A stretch of DNA of 64,000 nucleotides from Malacoraja senta (GCA_038087875.1 CM075995.1:5830001-5894000); one strand, 5' to 3'. Shown: positions 24,165 to 36,560, counted from the stretch's first letter. Numbers and translations are program-made. Notes: a model not told the origin generated them from the letters alone.

Positions 24165-24392
24165 ATGACAGGGCTGGCGTCGTACGTTGCCCCGCTAACT
24201 CTGGCCCTCGTCCCGCTACTCTGGCACTCGTCCCACTACCTTGCCATGACCGCGACCGGAGGCCCGGGCCACAGCCGTGGTCTCGTCAGCCGAGATGACT
24301 TCAACTACTTTGCCTACGGCAGCAACATGCTGCGGGGGCGGCTGCTGCTCAACAACCCGACGGCGGTGCAAGTGTCCGTGGGCTGCTTGAAG
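24165..24392 (+). CDS. GGCT: GGCT-like gamma-glutamylcyclotransferase, coding exon 1 (ATG 24165; second in-frame ATG 24246)
   Basis: Translates MTGLASYVAPLTLALVPLLW...DDFNYFAYGSNMLRGRLLLNNPTAVQVSVGCLK; YFAYGSN is the GGCT-family motif; ends at AAG|GTGAGA donor, phase 0; 228 nt. Choice of start codon is uncertain. Confidence 0.9.
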
Positions 24393-24689
24393 GTGAGAGA
24401 GCGCGGATGGTGGGAGTCCTCCGACTAGTTTCACTGTCCTTCTGATTAATCGTACTGATTGTATGCCTCCTTGTCACCTTCCGGCTAATAATTAACCACT
24501 CTAGATAGACACAAAAAAGTGGAGTAACTCAGCGGGACAGGCAGCATCTCTGGTTTCTGCTACTGCTTGCTACTGCACAACCGAACGTAAAAACAACAGA
24601 ACGCAGGACACGACTGCACAACAGCCAACAGCTGGGCTATCTCGTGCAGGTTACGCTCGCATGGGCACTGGTTGCAAAAGGGTTATTTA

Positions 24690-25150
24690 GATTTTTATAT
24701 GGGCAAGTTTGGTGAGATGATCCATGTCCAAGTTGTCGAACTGTGACTTGAAGAGTGACAAGGTTGGTGCACGTCTGGTGGTGTCGGGAAGGATGTTCCA
24801 CTCTGGGATAGTCCATGGATATAGTGATTGTATTTAGCTATATTTGCTCTAATTCTAGTGTAAATAAAGTGACCTGAGGACTGTCTTGTAGATTTCTGGG
24901 TATTGGATTGAATGAGGTGAGATATGTTACTGGGGATGATGCCAGTCCTTGTAGACAGTACATAAGCAGGCTTTGTTGCGTCTTGACTCCAGGCACTGTG
25001 ATTTAACATTTGACTGTCTTGAATAGTCGTTATAGACAAACCGGCTGCACGCCTCTGAACCTTGTCAAGGGTGTCAATGTTATTTTTCTGGTGAGGGTCC
25101 CATATTGTTTGGCAATATTCCAACAGTGGGCGGACAAGTGCTTTGTAATA
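24690..25150 (-). mobile_element. Non-LTR retrotransposon 3' fragment (not the dominant CR1 family)
   Basis: YKALVRPLLEYCQTIWDPHQKNNIDTLDKVQRRAA. Confidence 0.7.
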
Positions 25151-25191
25151 TAATATATACACAAAACAAAACAGTGCAAAATTGTTAATAC

Positions 25192-25413
25192 TGTGGCGGC
25201 ACCTGGTGGCAACCCAAGGGCACAACGAGAGGACGGTGTCTTGGTGTGGGAGGCGCTAGTCACGGGGTCGGTACCTGATTTGGTATTTAATGCCGGGCAA
25301 CACCCGTGTCCGGGGAGGAGTAGGGAGCTGCATTGGAGAGAATAAACACGTCTAGTGCACACAACTCATGTCCAACTCGTTTTTTAGCTGGGCTCCTGCG
25401 AGTCCCTGCCACA
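25192..25413 (+). mobile_element. Solo LTR
   Basis: TGTGGC...GCCACA termini, ATAC 4-bp TSD, internal AATAAA. Confidence 0.75.
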
Positions 25414-25509
25414 ATACATTCTTAATGTATTCATCCATGCATTACCGCTAGTGTTGCACCTCTCTTTTTCCCTTAAACATAGGACCATTGCCATGTTGTC
25501 CTGAACTAT

Positions 25510-25990
25510 TAAATCTGAAGAAGGGTCTCGACCTGAAACATCTCCTATTCTTTTTCTCCAGAGATATTTTCTGACCCGCTGAGTTACTCCAGCTTTTTGT
25601 TTCAGAAGGAACTGCAGATGCTGGAAAATTGAAGGTAGACAAAAATTCTGGAGAAACTCAGCAGGTGAGGCAGCATCTATGGAGCAAAGGAAATAGGCGA
25701 CATTTCGGGTCGAGACCCTTCTTCAGACTGATGGGGGGGGGGGGGGGGGCGGGAAGAAGAAAGGAAGAGGCGGAGACAGTGGACTGTGGGAGAGCTGGGA
25801 AGAGGTTAAGATGTGGTCATAGAGTTGGAGGGAAGGGGGAATCACAGAGGGGGGGGCAGTGAGAGAGGATGTTGTTAAACTCTTTGGAGAGAGGAGGAGA
25901 ACTTCAAAGTAGGCATGCCTTGAGGATGTCAGTTGATAGTCTATCTCCTGTGATGGAGACGGTGAGATCAAGAAACCGTTGGGAGATGTT
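25510..25990. repeat. Penelope-derived fragments with hammerhead-like cores
   Basis: CTGAAGAAGGGTCTCGACC(C/T)GAAA on both strands. Confidence 0.65.
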
Positions 25991-27519
25991 GGCATTCAGC
26001 TACATCTGTGCAGAATTCCGTAAGAGGTTGTTAGTTTCATTGAGTAATTATAGTTAATGCTGATGGTTTTTGCTATAAATATATTTGTAAAATCCAGATG
26101 GATGCATTTGTCCTTGTTCCATTCGAATGCTAACATGACAATTTGTTTGAATTGTTCCAAGATACAGTAATTATTGAGAAATTCAGCTAGCATTAATGTG
26201 ATAATATTTTGGAACTGAAGACAAATGTTCAATCAGGGTCGGCAATCAAACCTACTTCTGACTCCAAAATTGCACATCAGGCTGGTAAAAGCCGACAGAA
26301 ATAAGCAAAACTTTTGTGAAATCTAGTTGGTCTTCTGTTCAGAAACATAATTATACATTTGAATCAATAAACAAGATGTTTAAAGTGAGTAAAAGTATCT
26401 TAGTTTAATTATATAGTCACGAGCATCGAGGTACCGTGAAAAGCTTTCGTTTGTGTGCGATCCAGTCAAAGAAAAGACTACACATAATTTCAATGTGTGT
26501 AAGAAGAATTCAATTTTTTCTAAGCTAGGCACCGAAGCAGCAGCCAACTTAGCACTGTATGACATATTATGACATATAGTCCTGAAAAGCGCTATATAAA
26601 TAAAATCTATTATTATTATTATTATATTATTTACTTTAATAAGTTTTAGAGGAAATTTATGATGGATAGAAAAATGCATTCAGCTCTCATATGCTGTGGA
26701 TATTGGTGGAATGTAACCAGTGCCTACTAGTTTTCTGACCAGGATCAGCCAATTGTGATACTTGACATGAAAGAATCTCATGGATAAGTGTCCACTTTTT
26801 ATTGGTAAGCATAAATGTGCTGGAGTACTTTTGGGTATAGGAATTGTTTCTGAGGGTTGCCATTGTTCCTACTTCAAATTTTAGTTTGCCTTCACTGAGC
26901 TACCTCACTTGAATAGATGGCGTTTACATCTGTTGCCCGTTATTTACCTAGCAGGTGCAGTGACGTGCCCTTCTGATGCTGATCAATATTTCAAATCATG
27001 TTGTGTTCATTGTCATACGGACAAGTATGGTGGGGTCCACGTACAATGAAAATCTTGCTCGTATCAACATCACAGGAACATAGACTCAGACAGCACGTTA
27101 AATATATGAATATAAATAAGACCATGCTAAACATAATTAGAAAAAAAGTTTGTAGTGTTTTGTTGCTGAGGTAGGATTTGAATTGTGCAGGTGTATTCTT
27201 TTATCAAGAATATTTAAAGAAAGCATTGGTTAACATTGACTAGTTGTTAGTGTTTTTGTGGAGTGAGCAATTTCTTGATTTCCAGGTTCTGAGGAAGGAA
27301 TCCTGCCTTGAACTTGAATGTGGAAAGATTTCCATCCTGTCATGTAATGGGCTTCTACATCTTTTCCATGTAAACAGTCTAGATCTTGAATAGATTAGTT
27401 CAAATTTACAGTAGACCCTCGCTTTAATGGACCGCTTTGTAATGGATTTTGGTTGTAGCAGATGGACCTGCCGACACTACCCCCTGCTCACAAGGTGCAT
27501 CAGCGAGCCCTTCTTCACC

Positions 27520-28285
27520 CACTTTATATACTTTCAGGTCTCCCCTCAACCACTGGCATTCCAGAGAAAGCATCTCTTGCACCCTCTCGAAAGCATCCAC
27601 ATCCTTCTTGTAGTGGGGCGACCAGAACTACACACAACATTCCAAATCCCCGACCTATGTAAGCAAGCATACCACATACCCTCTTTACCACTATCTAATT
27701 GATTTAGATTTTCAAAGAATTATGGGAGTTATGGACTTTCAGGGAGTTATGGACTTCAACCCCATGATATCTCTGTACATCAATGCAGTTAAGGTTCATG
27801 CCATTAAATGTATATTTACCCTTTACATTTGACCTCCCCAAAACAGTAGATGTCACAGAACAAATCCCTGCAGAACTACACTGGTCACAGATTTCCAGCC
27901 TGAATATTGCCATAACCCACAGTCTTCTATCAATAAACCAGTTCAGAATCCATTTCGACCAAGTCACTGTTAATCCCACGCATCTTAATCCTCTGGATCA
28001 GCCTACCATGGGGGACTTTATCAAATTCCTTACTAAAATCCATGTAGACAACATACACAACCCTATCTTTTTGGTCACCTTAAAAAAACTAACATTAATA
28101 AGTCTACACCTGCCATGCTGATGGTCCATAATTAACCCATTTTCTTCCAAATGAAAATCGATGAATCCTTTCCAATAGTTTCGCTGCCACTGATGTGAAG
28201 CTCACCGGCCTATAATTCTATGGAATTCATTCCACTTCCCTTCTTAAATAAAGAAACAATGTCAGCTACTCTAGTCATCCAGGAT
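27520..28285 (-). mobile_element. Old, degraded CR1 LINE fragments
   Basis: Residual similarity to CR1 RT (ggggactttatcaaa..tactaaaatccatgtagacaac; ccactgatgtgaagctcaccggcctataatt). Confidence 0.6.
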
Positions 28286-28296
28286 GTAACTTGTGA

Positions 28297-28598
28297 GGGT
28301 AGCACAGAGCTGCAGCGGAAGAGTTGTTGCCTTACAATGCCAGAGACCCCGGGTTCAATCCTAACTATGGATTCTGTCTGTACGGGGTTTACACGTTTTC
28401 CCTGTGACCATGTTGTTTTTTTACTAATGCTCCGGTTTCCTCCCACATTCCAAAAACGTGCAGGATTGTAAGTTAATTGGCTCTGCAAATTGTCCCTAGT
28501 GTGTGGGATTAGAAATAGTGTATGGGTGATCGTTGGTTGGTGCGCTCTCGGTGGGCTGAAGGGCCTGTTTCCACGCTGTATCTCTAAAACTAAAAACT
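28297..28598 (+). mobile_element. V-SINE (tRNA-derived)
   Basis: B-box-like GGTTCAATCC, V-domain ccggtttcctcccaca, CR1-like 3' end gggcctgtttccacgctgtatctctaaaactaaa. Confidence 0.75.
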
Positions 28599-29051
28599 GG
28601 CTAGAGAATTGTTGCATATTATGAACGCATATTATTTGCATATTATGCATGTTGCATTCTACTCACTGATCTCACTGTCCTCCACACATTCGTCCGACTT
28701 CTACTGGACCATCTAACATTGACACCAGCCATCAGGAGCCAGCCAGGTCCTGCGCCTTCACGATCCTCCTGTCCTAAATGGATTCTAAGTAGGCTACGTT
28801 GTTCATTTTAGGATTGTATTGGAAACAGATAGTCTTTGAGCCTCAGGGAACACCTATGTAAAAATTCACTCTTAGATTACCTTTTTATCTCTTTTATGTT
28901 TGCCTCCAAAGCTTTATAAAACCTATTTGATTTATAAACTTATATTTAGCTTGTTTAATGACTATATTTTACAATCTTGATAACTAGAAATAGATTTCAT
29001 AATTTTTAAGAGGGGTATTCTGTTTGTGAAACCAATACTTTTCTTCTTTAG

Positions 29052-29188
29052 GGCTATAGGCTTGCATTTGGCCAAGTAAATTCAAGCGGATGGGGAGGAG
29101 CTGTGGCCACTATTATACCAAGTCCTAATGAAGAAGTATGGGGAGTTATATGGTGCTTGAAAGCCGACAATCGACAGTCTTTGGATGA
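29052..29188 (+). CDS. GGCT: GGCT-like coding exon 2
   Basis: TTTAG| acceptor, GA|GTAAGT donor; GYRLAFGQVNSSGWGGAVATIIPSPNEEVWGVIWCLKADNRQSLD matches the GGCT W-x-GG-x-AT...EVWGV-x-W block; 137 nt, phase 0 to 2. Confidence 0.95.
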
Positions 29189-30113
29189 GTAAGTATTTTG
29201 TTTAATACTCTTTAATATTTTGTAGCAAAACTTCAATTTTAAACTGATGTGTTGCTCCAAAGGGATAGTAAAGATGATGGCAATCAGGTAGGATTTATTA
29301 TTTTTAAACGTGTGTTTCAGATATATTGAATGGTATACAGGTATGTGCATAAAATCATTTAAATCTTTATCTAGGATAACCTTAACGCATTTGTAATAAG
29401 AAAACAGCAACATTGATTATCAGTATACCAAACACGTTATTCTGGGTCACTTTTCACTTGCACAATAGTGGTTATATAGTCGGAGCTCCACAACTCTGCC
29501 ACCATCTATTGAAAAATCCAGACGGATAACTAGACAGCAAACTAGAGGAGGTGATTCCAAGAGCATCCCAATGCTTGGCGTTGTGGCCAAGCTCTTGAGT
29601 GCCAAAGACTGATGCATGTGTAATTGCATTCATAATGCAATGCAGAGTAGCTGTTCTATTTCAATATCTTCCCTCCTTGTCACTGTACAAAGGTGTGCGA
29701 ACGAACAGCACTTACCGATGCCCGACTTGGGTTTAGTCAGAGGCATAATAGGTGAGCAGAATCCAGGCAGCGGATCTAGTGATCCCATCCAAGAAATGCT
29801 TGGGACTATCAAAGGCTTGCAGGCTATCTTTTGATGGAAGCAATTACAAATGATGCAAATAATTAAAAAGATACACAAATGAAAATATAGTTTAAAAAAT
29901 ATGAATCGGATAAAATAAGGGAGATGCTATTCTTCAGGGTCAATAACCACAGGCACCAACTTCCTGTTCAAAATATTTATATCAATACATGTACAAATAT
30001 TTTCAATAAATGTACATAAAATCCAACAGGTATTTAACAAAATACTTGTCATTTGGTTCATATTGCAGCTCTTATTTGTTTCTGACCACAAGTGTATTTT
30101 CTCTCTGCAACAG

Positions 30114-30252
30114 TCAAGAAGGTGTTGAGAAAGGAATCTACAGTCCAATGGAAGTTCAAGTTGAGCAGAAAGATAGAGGAGGAGAAATTATTTGTCTGAC
30201 CTATCAGATGAATCATTTTAATGCCTCCCTCACATCACCACTTTACAAAGAG
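30114..30252 (+). CDS. GGCT: GGCT-like coding exon 3 (catalytic Glu in QEG)
   Basis: AACAG| acceptor, GAG|GTAGGT donor; (D)QEGVEKGIYSPMEVQVEQKDRGGEIICLTYQMNHFNASLTSPLYKE; 139 nt, phase compatible with exons 2 and 4. Confidence 0.95.
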
Positions 30253-30467
30253 GTAGGTAAATAAAAGTAAATTGATTTATTTGAAAATAAAATCAAAGTA
30301 AAAAGAGATTTGTTGATCCAGGATTAGACCACAAAGGCCTTAATTATCCTCCTTTAGGAATTCAATTTGTGCTGCACATCCATTAGCATTAAACTGTGTT
30401 CTATTTTGAAAGTCCGAACCTGCTTTGATTATTAATCAAAGGAGGAAATATTTCTATTTACTATCAC

Positions 30468-30912
30468 TTCTCCATCATGGTCTGGTTTGGCTCAGCCACC
30501 AAGCACGACATCCGGAGGCTGCAATGAATCGTCCGATCAGCTCAGAAGGTTATTGGCTGCAACCTTCCCTCCATTGACGAACTGTACACTGCAAGGGCCA
30601 GGAAGCGAACGGGTAAGATCATCTCTGACCCCTCTCACCCTGCCACAAACTCTTTGAATCACTTCCCTCTGGAAGACGAATAGTAGCACTACTCAATCAA
30701 TAACGAAAAATCTGTAGCCTCCTTTTGCTCTGATATTTTATTTAATTCACATGTTTAATCAATAATGTTTTATTATTGATGTTTAATGTTTTATGTGTCA
30801 TTCCTATGTGTCATTCCTAACTGTCACTGTATGTCATGTTGTCACTTGCGGGCGGAGCACCAAGGCAAATCCCTTGTATGTGAATACTTGGCCAAATAAA
30901 CTTATTCATTCA
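30468..30912 (+). mobile_element. Rex1/Babar LINE 3' fragment
   Basis: FSIMVWFGSATKHDIRRLQ; AATAAA and (ATTC)n tail. Confidence 0.8.
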
Positions 30913-31272
30913 TTCTCCATTCCATACAACAAAATTGTTTCCTTTTTTTTGGTGCTTTGGGATACTTGCAAGGAAAGAGAAACTTAAAAGAGGTTCATCT
31001 TTGGCTCTTCTAGGGGAAGAGTTAGAACAAAACTATTTTCCTGTAGATTTGCCTTTTTTTATAGGGCTAACATTTTGTTTTTTCTAATTATAAGTTTAAA
31101 CTTTCTATTAATATATAGAATCATAAAAGGGACTTTATTTCATACAACTTTGCTCACATGTTGAGACTGGACTAGGGAACTACTTTTGGAGCAGGGCCTC
31201 AACTTTGGTGATCTTTTAAAGTTATCAGGAGCACAATAACGAGGATTTGTTTCCTTGTGCATATAGTGAATA

Positions 31273-33530
31273 CACTTTATTAGCCAATTATGTATACATA
31301 CAAGGTATTTGCCTTGGTGTTTTGCTCGCAAGGATAATAACACGATATACAGTAGACAATTAAATATAAAACATTATAATTAAAAAATGTGAAGAATAAA
31401 TTACCAGTGCAAAAGGACGCTACAGACTTTTGGCTGTTGAGTAGAGCTACCGCTCGTGGAAAAAAGCTGTTTTTACATCTGGCTGTGGCAGCTTTCACAG
31501 TCTGGAGTCGCCTCCCAGAGGGAAGTACTTCAAAGAGTTTGTGGCCAAGGTGAGAGGGATCAGAGATGATCTTACCCGCTCGCTTCCTGGCCTTGCAGTA
31601 TACTGTTCGTCAATGGGGCGAAGGTTGCAGCCAACAACCTTCTCGGCGGATCGAACAATGCGCTGCAGCCTCCGGATGTCATGCTTAGTGGCTGAGCCAA
31701 ACCAGACCATGATGGAGAAGGTGAGGACTGACTCTATGATGGCAGTACAAAACTGGACCATCATTGCCTGTGGCAGATTGTGTTTTCTCAACTACCGCAG
31801 GAAGTACAACCTCTGTTGGATCTTTTTGACTGTGGAGTCGATGTGGCCTCCCATTTTAGGTTCTTGGAGATGATGGTTCCGAGAAACTTAAATGACTCCA
31901 CAGATGTGACTGTGGTGTTGTTGATAGTAAGTGGGGGGAGGGGGAGCTCTCCTAAAGTCTACAGTCAATTCCACTGTCTTAAGTGCAATTAGATCCAGGT
32001 TGTTGCGATGGCACCAGGACGCCAGCTGTGTCATTTCCTGTCTGTAGGCAGATTCCTCCCCATCCTGGATCAGTCCAATCAGGGTTGTGCCATCTTAAAA
32101 CTTGAGAAGCTTGACAGAGTAGTCTGTGGAGGTGCAGTCGTTGGTGTAGAAAGAGTAAAGGAGAGGGGAGAGTACGCAGCCTTTCGGTGCTCCTTTGCTG
32201 AGGGTCAGCGAATCTGAGATGTGCTTTCCCAGCCGAAAGTTGGTGATCCACTGACAGAGGGTTTTCAGGCACAGTCAACTAGAGGAGTTTTGAATATAGT
32301 AGGTCTGGCACAATGGTGTTGAAAGCAGAGCTAAAATCCACAAACAAAATCCTTGCATAGGTCTGGCAGCATAGGTGCTGGAGGATGAAGTGCAGGCCTA
32401 GGTTGACTGCATCATCCACTGATCTATTGGCATGGTATGCAAACTGCAAGGGGTCTAGCAGGGGGTTTGTGATATTTTCCAGGTGCGCCAGCACATTTTT
32501 AAAGGGTTTTCATTATTACAGAGGTCAGTGCAACAGGTCTGTAGTCATTAAAACCAGTAATCCTTGGCTTTTTGGGCACAGGAACAATAGTGGAAGTAGA
32601 CAAAAGTGCTGGAGAAACTCAGCGGGTGCAGCAGCATCTATGGAGCGAAGGAAATAGGCAACGTTTCGGGCCAAAACCCTTCTTCAGACTGATGTAGGGT
32701 GGAGAGAAGAAAGGATAAAGGAAGAGGAGGAGCCAGAGGGCTGAGGTAGAGCTGAGAAGGGGAGGAGACAGCAAGGGTTACCGGAAATTGGAGAAGTCAA
32801 TGTTTATGCTGCTAGGGTGCAAACTGCCCAAGCGGAATATGAGTTGCTGCTCCTCCAAGTTCTGGTGGTGCTCACTCTGGCCATGGAGGAGGCCCAGGAC
32901 AGAAAGGTCAGATTCGGAATGGGAGGGGAGTTGAAGTGCTGAGCCACAGGGAGATCAGGTTGGAGCGGAGGTGTTCGGCGAAACGATCGCTAAGCCTACG
33001 CTTGGTCTCACCGATGTAGATCAGCTGACATCTAGAGCTGCGGTGCTGAAGAAAGGTTTCGGCCCGAAACGTTGCCTATTTCCTTCGCTCCATAGATGCT
33101 GCTGCACCCGCTGAGTTTCTCCAGCACTGTTGTCACTCCCTGTGGCTCTCCCTCAGCCCTCTGGCTCCTCCTCTTCCTTTCTCCTTTCTTCTCCCCCCCC
33201 CCCCCCCCCCCCACCCTACATCAGTTTGAAGAAGGGTTTTGGCCCGAAACGTTCGCTCCATAGATGCTACTGCACCCGCTGAGTTTCTTCAGCACTTTTG
33301 TCTACCTTTGATTTTCCAGCATCTGCAGTTCCTTCTGGAACAATAGTGGAGTCTTTGAAGCATGCAGGGACAGTGCAGGTTTGCAGGAACTGATTGAAAT
33401 GTCTGTGTCGACTGGTGCCAGTTGTTCGGCACAGAGGTTGAGGGTAGAGGGGGAGACATTGTCCGGTCCTGGAGATTTCCGGCTTTTCTGTCTCCTCAAT
33501 AGCTTTTCCACCTCCTCAATTTCTATTGTA
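31273..33530 (-). mobile_element. Rex1/Babar LINE, 5'-truncated, interrupted by a Penelope element
   Basis: KSPGPDNVSP, LDPLQFAY..RSVDDAV, FVDFSSAFNTI, VWFGSATKHD. Confidence 0.85.
32595..33336 (-). mobile_element. Truncated Penelope-like element with GIY-YIG remnant and inverted pLTRs
   Basis: Minus strand ~32960-33035 encodes CQLIYIGETKRRLSDRFAEHLRS; 14-bp TSD GGAACAATAGTGGA (32581-32594, 33337-33350). Confidence 0.85.
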
Positions 33531-34759
33531 ATGGGCCTGTCCCACTTAGGCGATTTTTCAGGCGACTGCCGGCGACTGTCAAGTCGTAGCAGGTCGCTGA
33601 AAAAACGGCGACTGGAACGGCAACTGGCAGAGTGGAACACACACACACACATATACACATCGCTTCCTTCACCAGTTATGCAGGCGGGGGACAGGGCAAG
33701 CCAGGTGAGCGCTCTCTGAGTGAAATTCATGCGGTGCAAAGCCAATGCGATTGACATGTATCCCAAAACAATTTAAAATAATACACAGCCATCATTTTGT
33801 TAGACAGAGTCACAAGGCACAAAACAGGCCCTCACTCTGACTATGCAACAGCACCCATCTATCTTGTTTAGCATAAAAGCTAGAGAAAATAAGACACTTC
33901 ATACACTTGGTTTACTCCAAACCTCATTTATTTAATGTTTTTAAACAAATTATTCGTCTTTCACCAGTGTGTTAAGGGTTAGGCTGGCTGGGCTCTGTAC
34001 CACTGAGATTCCAACTGTTGCTCATGACCCAGATCAGAGATTCCTCTTCTTTATTGTTGACTGTTGGTCTGCTGGGTTGTTGCTGCCGAGATGCTCTATT
34101 TCTGATAAATGTATTTACACCAATTTTTTAGAATGTTGGGGCTCCTCGAACCCTAATTGAACCATTAAGGCACAGGGAAGCATGGAATTGATTGTTCCTC
34201 ACAGTTTTCCCCCTGTAGATATCATGGTCAATTTTTCCCACATAGCTATTTCATTGTCTTAATCTGGGCCTCTACTTATTTATTATCACCATAACAGGAG
34301 CTAGCTATTCTGTTTGCTGTTGCCACTCATATTTCCGTCCCCATCTTTGCCTTATTAATTTTTAATGTGCTTCATATATTCCAAGTAGGGCTTCCCCGAT
34401 TTCAGTTCTATATGCCTGCTAAATGCTTCATTTTTCTTATCCTATCCCTTGATTTATCCCTTGATATAACGTCCTTATCTTCCACCCTATGGGAACACTT
34501 CAGCTCTGAGATCTAACTATTTCAGCTAGGATTGGCTCGTCACATATCAGCTTGGCTGCAGGTGGTTGCTGCCAGTCTCCTTTTGCCAGGTCGTTTCTTG
34601 TGGAATTGAAATTGGCTTTCTCGCAACTCAGGACTTTAATATAAGTCCGTCCTGATCCTTTTAAATATTTTGAAATTATGAGGTGTCTCGCTGACACATA
34701 AGCAACTTGTCTGGCTACATTCCCTAGAAATACACCCAATATTGCTCCTCTCTGGTCAG

Positions 34760-36560
34760 ACTAACCACTCTAAGCCTTTCACAGTAATATGATCATAGTT
34801 AATACGGGCACATAATACATTGTTAATACCAAGCAGTCTTGAGCCACTACAGTTCGCCCACAGCCACAACAGGTCCATGGCTGATGCCATCTCTATGACT
34901 CTGTATGCATCCCTGGAACACTTGGATAAGTCATATTCATAGACTCCAACTATGCTTTTAATACCATTATCCCATCCAAGTTCATCGCCATACTCGTGGA
35001 ACTTGAAGTCAGCACTCATCTCTGCAACGGGATCCTCAACTTCCTGATCAATGGACCACAATCGGAGATAATAGAGGACAAATTATACTCTACGACAGGG
35101 GTCAGCAACCTACGTCTCCCGGGCCGAATGTGGCCCGTAATCCAAAATCATCCGGCCCGCAGGCTTATTTTTTTTCCCGTATTTATCCGGCCTGCAGACT
35201 TCCGTCATCTCCGTTACCTGCAGGCCCGAGGCCGCAGCGCCCAGGCGCGGTGACACATTGCGCGCTGGCAGCAGCAATGGCGGAGCTGCCGAGCAGCGCC
35301 AAGCGCCGAGCTCTGGCTGCACTGCATCCTGCGCAAAGCCGCCGACACCTTCTGTGTCTGGGCTTCACTGTCGGGATCGGGGTTGTCAATAGGCGGGGGA
35401 CGAGTGAGTGTGAGTATTTGAGCCACCACCTTCAGGACAGAGCCAAGGCAATGGGCCATGTTCGTTAGCGCCCGTAACTTGTAACTAGGGGCCAGTGCTC
35501 CGGGTGGCGTCCTCGAAGGGGCGGGATCTATGTGAACACGTGATTTGATTCCTGCCATCCGGGGCGGGATCAAGTGCACACGTGATAGATGTGGCCTGCC
35601 ATCCGCTCACAGACATGCATCCAGCCCCTAGGCAGAATAAGGTTGCCGATCCCTGCTCTATGTTAATCCTCAACACTGGTGCTCCATATGGATGTGTTCT
35701 CCGCTCCCTTCACTACTCCTTATGCACCCACGATTGTGCAGCCAAGTATAAATTTACAAATTTGTGGATGACATCGTAGCGGGCCGATATCAAATAATGA
35801 TGAGACGGAGTACAGGAAAGAGATTGGGAACCTAGTGACCTGGTGTCAAAACAACCTTTCTCTGAAGACAAAGTAGAAAGTGATCGACTTCAGGAAGCGA
35901 AGCGGTATACATTGACGTTGCTGAAATAGAGATGGTTGAAAATTCCTAGGAGTAAATATCAATGGCAACTTGTCCTGGACTAGCCATATCGAAGCAATGG
36001 CCAATGCCTCAACTTCCTTAGAAGGCTATAGGAAGTTTGGCATGTCCCCAACAACTCTTACCACCTTCTATGGATGCGCCGTAGAAAGTATTTTATCGGG
36101 ATGCATGGTTTGGGAACAGCTCCATCCAAGACCGCAAGAAATTGCAGAGAATTGTGGACACAGCCCAAACCATCACACAAACCAAACTCCCTTCCATTGA
36201 CTCAGTTTATACCTCATGCTGCCTTGGCAAGGTTACCAGCATAATCAAGGAAGAGTCACACCCTGGCCACTCCCTCTTCTCCCTCTCCCATCAGGCAAGA
36301 GGTGCAGAAGTGTGAAAATGCATATCTCTAGATTCAGGGACAGTTTCTTCCCAGCTGTTGTCATATAACTGAACCATCCTATCAACAACAAGAGAGCAGT
36401 CCTGAGCTACTATCTATCTCATTGGTGACCCTCTGGCTATCTTTAATCATACTTTACTGGACTTTATCTTGCACTAAACATTATTCCCTTTATCATGCAT
36501 CTGTACACTATGGATGACTCGATTGTAATCATGTATACTCTTTTCGCTAACTGGTTAGCA
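34760..36560 (+). mobile_element. Degenerate Rex1/Babar LINE
   Basis: EPLQFAH.HNRS, TGAPYGCVL..LHYSL, KFGMSPTTLTTFY pieces. Confidence 0.75.
35096..35655. mobile_element. hAT-type non-autonomous element
   Basis: TIRs CAGGGGTCAGCAACCT / AGGTTGCCGATCCCTG; 8-bp TSD CTCTACGA / CTCTATGT (6 of 8 match). Confidence 0.85.

Larger units (their letters stand above)
23620..24430. promoter_or_regulatory. CpG island / bidirectional promoter of RP9 and GGCT-like
   Basis: GC- and CpG-rich stretch covering both first exons; divergent ATGs at 23935 (-) and 24165 (+). Confidence 0.85.

Noticed and set aside
23639..24298. 219-aa ORF and the upstream extension of ORF 23715-24428
   Set aside because: Non-ATG starts in a GC-rich island antisense to RP9 exon 1; only the part from 24165 is supported as GGCT.
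28610..28660. Cluster of GCATATTAT repeats including an ATTTGCAT octamer
   Set aside because: Short AT-rich local repeat next to a SINE tail; no independent support for enhancer function.
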